From an uncultured Verrucomicrobiae bacterium (GTDB lineage Bacteria > Verrucomicrobiota > Verrucomicrobiia > Chthoniobacterales > Chthoniobacteraceae): 64,000 bases of DNA. The notes under the pieces were generated by a model that was not told where the DNA came from, ran no database searches, and was given only the letters and a program-made list of their open reading frames with translations. Position numbers and translations under genes: made by a program. Positions 59,401 through 64,000 of the stretch are shown here, piece by piece. How positions within the stretch are numbered: the stretch's first letter is position 1; each line of letters starts with the position of its first letter. The DNA lies in contig CAVYKI010000009.1 of NCBI GenBank assembly GCA_963769025.1, positions 544,001-608,000 of the forward strand, in the 5' to 3' direction.

Positions 59401-62400
59401 GGCGATCGCGCCGATGCCGATCGTGGCATTCCCCAGAGCGAGGAAACCGCCGGAGGTCACCGTGAGGGTGAGCGGTCCGCCGGTCGGCCCGTAAACGCCG
59501 GCAGGCGCGCCGTGACCGGAGGTGAGCGTGGGAGTCCCCGCGCCGAGAAGGGTGAGGCTGTTGATGGTCTGGTTGGAGAACAGCTTGTTCTTGGCCGGGT
59601 CACTGTTGTTGACCGACGTGAGGCCGACGTTGGCGTTCGGGGTCAGCGCCCCGCCGGTGGCCTGGACCATGTCCGTGGCCAGTTCGTTGAGCTGATCGAG
59701 CGGACGCAAAAGATTCCCGCCGGTCCTCGTGATGAAGCCGGTGCCCAGCCCGCCCGACGCGTCGCCGATCATGTCGGGCCGGATCTGGAGCGTCTGGGGC
59801 CCGCCGCCGCTGCCGATCGCATTGAAGGTGCCGTTGACGATCACGTTCACGCTGCCGGCCCCCGAGCCGCCGAGGCCGTTCCCGGTGATGAGCACCGAAT
59901 CCTGCCCGGCCTTGTCGGAGACGGATCCGGTGACTGTGATCGCCGTGGCGCCACCCGCACCGGGCGTGAGAAGGATCGTGCTGCCGCCATTGCCGAAGTT
60001 CAAAATGTTGACCGTTTCGCTCGACCCCGCAGCGTTCCCGATCATCGCGAGCGTGCCACCTGTGAGGGTGACTGTTCCGTTCGCCGCGTTGAGGCCGAGG
60101 CGATCATCGGCGGCGACTGCGGCATTGTCGATCGTCAGCGTCCCGGTGGCCGAGACGGTATAGGTGACTCCGGAAAGCGGAGTCGAGGGGTAGGCCTTGC
60201 CTGCGCCGCTGTAGGTGAGCCCGCCGCCGTTGACCGTCACGCCGCCGCTCGACCCCGAGAGCGCGTTCTGCGCGCTGGTGATGGTCATGGTTCCGGTGCC
60301 GACCTTGACCAGCACCACCGCGGCGGGGGTCTGGTCGTTGAAGCGGCTGAACTGGCCGGAGAACGTGGTGTTCGAATTGTCAAAGCCAACCGTGAGGGTC
60401 TGGGTGTTCGCGACTACATTGGTCACGGTGCCCGAACCGGAGAGCGAACCGAGCGTGGTGCTGAATCCGTTGAGATTCAGCCGGGTGCCGGCGGCGAGGG
60501 TGACCGCGGAGAAACGTGAGCCGCCGTTGGTGACGCCGATCTGGAGGCCACCCGCGTTCACGTTCACAGGGCCGGTGAAGGCAGCCTGCGCATTGAACTG
60601 CAGCACGCCTGTGCCGGTCTTGTTGAAGCCGCCGACGGAGCCCGTCACGCCTTGCAGGATGAGGCCCGCAGTGGTCGGCGCAAAATCGGTGAAAGTGCCG
60701 AAGTTGTAGCTGCCCACATTGACGGTGGAGAGTCCGCCGCCAAAGTCGATCCGCCCGGCCACGAGCGACTGCGCCGAAGGGTTCGCCGCGCTGGCGACGA
60801 TGCCAGCGGTGCCGAGCGTGAGGGTGCCGGTTCCCAGCGGGGTCAGGCTGCGGAAGGTCGTCACCGTAGGCGCGATGTTGCCGCCGCCGAGGTTGTTGAG
60901 AATGAGCCCCGCCAGCGTGTTGTCCCCGGCAAGGGTCAGCGCGGCGAGGCCGTTGACCGTCGCCACGTTCGATGCGGCGATTGTCCCGCCGGGATTCTGA
61001 TAGACATTGCCGACGCCGCTCACTTCGCCGCCGTTGATGATGAGGCCGTTCGCGGCCACGGCTGCCGCGGGGATGTTGCCCGTCGCGCCGATGACAAGCG
61101 TGCCTCCGTTGACCACGGTGCCCCCGGTGTAAGTGTTCGTGCCGCTCAGCATGAGGAAGTCGGCATTCGCGCTGGTAATGGCGGTGTCAGCCGCCCCGGC
61201 GGCTTCGATCAGGCGGACGCTTCCCGTGCCGTTGTCGGTGATCCCCGCGCTGACGATGAACGTGCGGTTGTTCCCTCCGTAATTCAATTGGTGCAGGTAG
61301 AGATCGCTCCCACCTCCGACACCGGGGCCTGTGCTGGTGATGGTGCCGTTCTGGACGGTGATGTTCTGGTTGTCACCGTTCAGGGCGAGGATCATGCCGC
61401 CGCCGGCGAGCGTCAGTTTCTTTCCACCGAGATCGATGATGGTCGGGACCGGCACGCCTGCCACGGCCGCCACGTTGGTGTTCACGGTGAGCGTATTCAC
61501 CGTCGTATCCACGGCGAGTCCCGGCACCCCGAGCGTCGCGCGAATGTTGTCCGTCGCGAGCGGCTGCCGGTTCAGGAAATTCGTGGAGTAACCCGCGAAG
61601 CCGGTCTGGTTCAATGCGCCAACCCCGAGGGTCGGGATGTAGCTGGCAAACTCGCGATCCACCACGGCCCAAGGTCCGATCAGGTCGGCGCTGAGCGTAG
61701 GCGGGGAGGTGATCACGATGCGGCCGGTGCTCCCAATCGCACCGAGCCCGCCCCCATTGAGCGCGGATCCCACGACATCCGGAAACCGCACCGTGGCGCT
61801 CAGATTCCCCCCCCTCGTGAGCGAGGCCAGCGTGAGCACCGCGGAATTCACGCCGGTCCCGCCAGCCGCGGACTGAATCATGTTCTGCCCCTGCAGCAGG
61901 GTTACGGATCCGACGGTCTGTGTGGTTTCCGTCTGCGCCCTGCCGCTTGAGTAGGAGAGCGAGCCGCCGCGCATGGAGATGGGCGCAGCGGCGTTCAGGC
62001 GATTCGGGAGCGCGAAGGTGTTGTTATCGTTCAGCGCCAGCCGCGCGTAGTTCAGCACGATCGACGAGGTGTTGGGCAGTGAGCCCCCGTCCCGGAATTC
62101 GTTGATGCCGCCGGAAAACTGCGTCGTCCCGCTGTAGGTGCTCGCGCTGTAAAAATTGTAGGTTTGGTTGCTGCTCTTCAGGAAGCTCATCGCGCCCTTG
62201 GTCGGATCCTGCGTGATGACGCCGCCAAAGTTTCGGAGGGCGCCATCCAGGCCCAGGATCAGCGCTGCCGGGCTGGCGCTCGAGTTCGTGTAGGTGCCCG
62301 CATTGCCGGAGAGCGTTGCTCCATCCCCGGTCGTGCCGAATGCAAACTGGAAGGTCCCGTTCAGATCCAGCGTGGCTCCGGTGGCGACGAGGATGTATTG

Positions 62401-64000
62401 GTTCGGTGTCAGCGTATTGTTCCCGCCACCGAGGATCAGCTTTCCGCCGTTCACCGAAAAGTTCCCGTTCAGGGTCTGCCCGCTGAGATTCGGGATTCCC
62501 GCGCGGTTGGGCGCGATGGGAGTCAGGGTCAATGTGCCCTCGCCGGCCTTCACGAACCCGGAGCCGCCGCTGAGCAAGCTGCCGATGCTGAGCGAGGCGC
62601 CGGCATTCACATAGACGAATGGCTGCGCACCGAAGAGAATGATCGGGAAGTTGACCTGCGGGTTGCCGCTCGGAACGAGGATGGCGCCAGCCGAGAGCGT
62701 CAGCGCCGTGCCCTGCGTTCCTGCGCCCGTGGCCGAGAAGCTCCCGCTGATGCGGAAGGCGTTGATCGTGGCGGCCGCGGTGAATGTGGGGTCCGTGGTG
62801 AGGTCAAACGTCGCCGTGGAAGTCCCGCTGAAGACGTTGCTCGTGTTGTAATTTGCAAACGCCTGGATGCCGTTCGTGTTCGCGACTGCGCCCGTCGTGT
62901 TGTACGAAACAAAATCGGTGCCGTTCAGCGTGGCGCGCTGGATGATGCTGTTCGTCGTCCCGGGGTTGGTCTGGGTGAACGTGATCGTGTTGGAGCCCGC
63001 GCCAAGCCCGGCGCCCTGAAAGTCCAGGTTCCCATCGCCATTGATGGTGAGAGTCTTGAAGAACAGTGAGACCGACCCGGAGCCCGGATTGGACGCCACC
63101 ACGTTCGTCGGGCCGCGGCTGACACTGAGCGTGCCGAATGTCTCGACGGAAGCCCCCGCACCGCCGTTGTAGGTGAGCTTTCCGCCTGTCAGCTGCAGAT
63201 TCCGGTTGCTGCCAAAGGTGAGGGACTGCGGCGAAGCGGAACCGGTCGTGGGGAGATTGAGCGTGACGACCCCGGTGGTCGTGTTGACGGCAGTCACGAA
63301 ACTGCCCGGCGCGATGTTCGCGCCAAAGACAGGCACGAAGGTCGTCACGGTCGCAGCCTGGGCGGGCGTGAGGGTCAGCGTCGTGGCGCCTCCGCCGACC
63401 GTCGCGGTGTAAACGCCGGACCCCATGTGCAGCGTGGGCGTGGCACCGGTGTCGTCGATAAGAAGCACACCTGAAGGCCCCTGCACGAGGGTGGTGTTCG
63501 CGGCGGAAGGATTGCCAATCGCGACGCCGTTGCCGCTGATCCTCAGCGTCCCCTCGTTCACATTGATCGCGTTGAGGAATCCCGGGCTGTTCACGCCCAG
63601 CGTCAAGGTCCCGACCCCGGCCTTCGTGAGCGAGGAAATGGCTGACTTTGACGTGAAGGCCGCGCCGCCCTGGGTTCCGGTCGCATTGATGTTGATGGTG
63701 ACGGTGGTCGCGGTCTTCGCGGTCACCGTCGTATTCGCGGCGAGGTACCCCGCGCCCCCGTCCGACAGCACCTGGCCGACGACGATGGAATCGGTGTTCG
63801 GGATGTTTTGGATCAGATTCGTTCCGAAATTCACGTCGCCGCTGAACGAATAGGTCGGGTCCAGTGGCGTGGTCGTGATGTTCACGGTCCCGGCATTGTT
63901 GAACGTGAGAGCCTGGGAACCGGTGATGCCTCCGGTGATGTTGAGCGTCGATCCCGCATTCGAGCCGATGGTGGTCGCCCCGGTCATCACGATCTGGCCG
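50455..64000 (-). CDS. Giant autotransporter-associated beta-strand repeat protein with PEP-CTERM sorting signal (>4,500 aa; 5' end outside the window)
   Basis: Many LxKxGxGTLxL...NTYTGxTxVxxGTL repeats; C-terminal VPEPGTGVLLLGAVGLLGIMRRRR; frame open to the window edge. Confidence 0.95.
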   Translation of the reverse strand, partial: GQIVMTGATTIGSNAGSTLNITGGITGSQALTFNNAGTVNITTTPLDPTYSFSGDVNFGTNLIQNIPNTDSIVVGQVLSDGGAGYLAANTTVTAKTATTVTININATGTQGGAAFTSKSAISSLTKAGVGTLTLGVNSPGFLNAINVNEGTLRISGNGVAIGNPSAANTTLVQGPSGVLLIDDTGATPTLHMGSGVYTATVGGGATTLTLTPAQAATVTTFVPVFGANIAPGSFVTAVNTTTGVVTLNLPTTGSASPQSLTFGSNRNLQLTGGKLTYNGGAGASVETFGTLSVSRGPTNVVASNPGSGSVSLFFKTLTINGDGNLDFQGAGLGAGSNTITFTQTNPGTTNSIIQRATLNGTDFVSYNTTGAVANTNGIQAFANYNTSNVFSGTSTATFDLTTDPTFTAAATINAFRISGSFSATGAGTQGTALTLSAGAILVPSGNPQVNFPIILFGAQPFVYVNAGASLSIGSLLSGGSGFVKAGEGTLTLTPIAPNRAGIPNLSGQTLNGNFSVNGGKLILGGGNNTLTPNQYILVATGATLDLNGTFQFAFGTTGDGATLSGNAGTYTNSSASPAALILGLDGALRNFGGVITQDPTKGAMSFLKSSNQTYNFYSASTYSGTTQFSGGINEFRDGGSLPNTSSIVLNYARLALNDNNTFALPNRLNAAAPISMRGGSLSYSSGRAQTETTQTVGSVTLLQGQNMIQSAAGGTGVNSAVLTLASLTRGGNLSATVRFPDVVGSALNGGGLGAIGSTGRIVITSPPTLSADLIGPWAVVDREFASYIPTLGVGALNQTGFAGYSTNFLNRQPLATDNIRATLGVPGLAVDTTVNTLTVNTNVAAVAGVPVPTIIDLGGKKLTLAGGGMILALNGDNQNITVQNGTITSTGPGVGGGSDLYLHQLNYGGNNRTFIVSAGITDNGTGSVRLIEAAGAADTAITSANADFLMLSGTNTYTGGTVVNGGTLVIGATGNIPAAAVAANGLIINGGEVSGVGNVYQNPGGTIAASNVATVNGLAALTLAGDNTLAGLILNNLGGGNIAPTVTTFRSLTPLGTGTLTLGTAGIVASAANPSAQSLVAGRIDFGGGLSTVNVGSYNFGTFTDFAPTTAGLILQGVTGSVGGFNKTGTGVLQFNAQAAFTGPVNVNAGGLQIGVTNGGSRFSAVTLAAGTRLNLNGFSTTLGSLSGSGTVTNVVANTQTLTVGFDNSNTTFSGQFSRFNDQTPAAVVLVKVGTGTMTITSAQNALSGSSGGVTVNGGGLTYSGAGKAYPSTPLSGVTYTVSATGTLTIDNAAVAADDRLGLNAANGTVTLTGGTLAMIGNAAGSSETVNILNFGNGGSTILLTPGAGGATAITVTGSVSDKAGQDSVLITGNGLGGSGAGSVNVIVNGTFNAIGSGGGPQTLQIRPDMIGDASGGLGTGFITRTGGNLLRPLDQLNELATDMVQATGGALTPNANVGLTSVNNSDPAKNKLFSNQTINSLTLLGAGTPTLTSGHGAPAGVYGPTGGPLTLTVTSGGFLALGNATIGIGAIASPSGATQYFHVVGGTTNLDLNGSITAGNAGIVKAADGTLTLNAPQFYTGTAGTNGTTINGGTLKLNAGNNTILLQPTGNVATALGLFLNGGTLDLNGNNQVVERLTNVNPLPGAGGTVINSGGVTVTLTTATNTSTVFSGSIGTGVPGANNAINLINSGNSTLTLTNVNTYTGTTLIRGGTLELRDSGTLETSAVNVNFGTLFLNQGGLNPASALNPIRIPSTSLLTLNGGTVSQSSAGSVDSSATFNNVNLASGANIFTQSTLQNAGSSAMISIGSLVQQSPGATVSFASTNGTLGGGGLNNNQVQIASITPSGGGAASPASLLVNGMLPAWMTVGGTEFAGYLSSPVAGSQGIGAFTSAGFPTYSTSAPAIAHAADNLSVTASVLPIAGRTVNSLAIRNPGAATVVPINLPTDTLSIATGGVLVNSGQTISIQGGRLTAGSVANAPGTLYVTTTGSGAITVNSQLVNNGNQLYSANTDGFSNIVTVGSTSGLIVGQAISGPGIPVGATITAIATTGQPFAPGVVQTINPNNPSGPTNASTVPISAAAAFTFSAPTGASIPAATFTVTDLQKANSFTTGGSNAVFLANVTSLAVGMYASGPGIPAGTIITALGTPQAPTTITLSNNATQTLAPQTFILSAGNNSNLITMQPGQISALAVGMVVSGIGVPLNTTVTNISGNTATLSAPVSGATSLRSIAFQATLNFARLGINEAMRGGSINAGATVIAVNNTTGLANGMTVTGNGIQPGTKIVSISGTNVTLSLPVTSSSNGVNLIFGSSISVGNNTTGDVPLVKTGTGTLTLSPQVVMNGGLIQGTNVIALETVTGLTVGMPVIGAGIPAGATIASISTANNAFNITINGGNATAGGASQISFGLGLNNTYTGGTFVNQGTLNLAGLAGTTVIPGNIEINNATVSTQNIAITAATVNAGNGTITLPNVTGLSLGMRVIGNGIPVGSTVTAIAGNNITITNAAGVIAGTNIALSFGNSGQIVSTSNVTINGGGVFNLFGANTLGNITINNIGGSAAPTVALGTAGMLTLTNGISVTNDSLSFTPVISGTGSTLVLANSTITTAGASPQGLLVSVPITPGTSGGTLVKTGIGSLILTPSFALTGTTANSSNQVTMGNPTGLSVGMAVSGLNVPVGTVISAINTANNTITLSANTNASGAATGALTFTGNTFTGGVNLSEGSIILGANSTPSTVGATVTSGPLGTGPLNMANGTALLSDGTLRTISNAVNIAVNAVFGTLGNGAATAGNGVILAGTVTLIGGGTHAIEVNGLLNTTTISGVLNGGGTALTLNKTGAGTLVLSNGANAYAPATTTTINVNGGVLKLGAATAVPAGLNLTVAQGAAYDISGQNNQILLALNGGGMVTNSGALQTLFIGGTSTSDTTSNVNATFDGTLTEATVGNLRVTKVGIGTQTLNGASSYTGNTTISAGKLIVNGSLANTNVIVGGGSLFAGSLGGTGSIGNSVSLTSVTVNGGTGGGGSARGAIDLTNGSIGTLTLTTQGTGNALAIGSGGGLAALLNFDVANTTTDRISITGTAKLLVNSGGGIVNLTQLPTTSLATGIYSLITFSGVTYTGTFSAGSVNGGAVGTGLVFANGWKLSTSGTSSLQLIVGGVTQTFFWTGAQGTVWNTNSGGTNWVDAVSAGVDPNDIPNATSIVNFKASGGVNTATTLGQDFTIDQLIFNNSATVGAVSIGGANVLTLNNNLQMLAGAGSASIGTSGLVLGGIQAWIIQSSTDLTVTAPMSGSSALSITTAATSTGKVVLGGDNSAFTGGFTIAGNGTNTAVQLGAASTNALGPVAGPNPLVVNTGALDLNGKSVTISSLSSNTTGGIIRNSLASSTSTLTVNQNTTTTYSGAIQDTGSGGTAGKIALAVTGGGTLTLITATNTFSGGTTITNATVRMGTGASENQSSLGTGLVTINAGGVLAFAPGSNTTNFNIPNSFVLNGGAIQSTGGNQHLANTGSSVGTITVTTGTGGTLTPTTTAGQDLWVDGQLTGDGPLSVGGSGTGRVILTNNLNAATYTGTLTTSGAGSLRLANASGTNSTVLGGASLVNNANGLSFGGTVTTATIGSIAGSGSFALQNSAGAPAGVALTVGGNATSTTYTGIISNSASTILGSLIKVGNGTLTLGGLNTYRGTTTVDAGALRVNNNSVVTSVTGFGAVTVNGTATLGGNGLIQGGNNVTPGSVTLNSGTFLDPGLSPTATGTLRFGPSGASPQPTTLTLSANSTFNFDVGAGAGNQDRVLVVGSVNITGAKLAINLLSTPDQGKYTLMDATVSRTGTFTGGITTGGNISGGVTNNLPTGYQLVYNASSVDLQRFGQLGTPTTPGGLQVITGGSVPFTFEVANTAPTGSADLSFTATSGTRTTGSVSTPVVVSAQTTGSGTGLSFDSTAVPIGLGQTGNFTVTAPGATGSPAIGTVAVDVLDHASFAGFTGGTLNLGNIRQGYANVVTSINQLNVTNVAGTRVDLKGSAAPNGLISLSSVSGVQAGLSGAISASLALGQGLGPISQGFTYTFGDDSTLNGNSPTLPGSASITVIGNVYSGIGVWGPMASGAWGDFTRWTSPGGYPGLDGSLSINDTATFNSNVTGPVVLDSVAPALNQVNLNGVTGTIAQGAGANSLTLVANGSAVNPSVNVNGGTPTISAPLVLQNTITFTTANMADTLTVSGPVSDLSGAGKGPAGIIKTGNGTMFLTGTNGYTGKTTIAGGTLSVPSDASLGAVPPSLPVPDQFSISNGATLAFTGNATLALSQGITMGSGGGNISVDPTRTVVVSGALSGSGTLTKTGGGTLDLRNTTSGVAGRVVLQQGTLTPFAGTPATITTGGLTFSGGTLAIDIHGTTGQGNPGGYDFIFANNNGATPSVNITAPTNLTINYGGFVPNPNNPDVFTIITDATRQQSDLYASTFYVNGTPFLPNVPTNINGQWFTINYYGGAGGDIILTSVVPEPGTGVLLLGAVGLLGIMRRRRPRKVPFGV

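Overview
GC-rich bacterial DNA, almost certainly Verrucomicrobiota (Chthoniobacter/Verrucomicrobium-like). This rests on a Verru_Chthon pilin-like cassette, a PVC-type haem-binding CxxCH protein, DUF1080 and a >4,500-aa PEP-CTERM autotransporter-repeat protein. Housekeeping genes (larE fragment, AI-2E transporter, polX, ABC transporter, BlaI/M56 pair, hisC, metF, TlpA, OsmC, lactonase, GT2/GT-C glycosylation genes, PfkB kinase) surround two accessory regions. The first (about 6.45-17.6 kb) holds an XRE-HTH gene, a 42-bp palindromic tandem array, a Trp-Asp-leader FN3-like gene and a collagen-like gene. It also holds two cassette-like small genes each preceded by the same ~120-bp repeat, a RAYT-type HUH transposase bounded by 33-bp terminal inverted repeats, and a giant Ca-repeat/zinc-protease gene with a poly-C tract plus a coupled partner gene. 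The second (about 27.4-28.7 kb) has an HU-like/DUF4469 gene with a similar Trp-Asp leader, followed by a cryptic 22-bp-period repeat. The best candidate for an undescribed system is this recurring pairing of a Trp-Asp-leader Ig-fold gene with a helically phased DNA repeat array. Many single-base frameshifts, especially in hisC, suggest uncorrected long-read errors, so frameshift-based claims are tentative. I saw no rRNA, tRNA, CRISPR array, integrase or reverse transcriptase. All family assignments come from motif recognition by eye, not from database searches.
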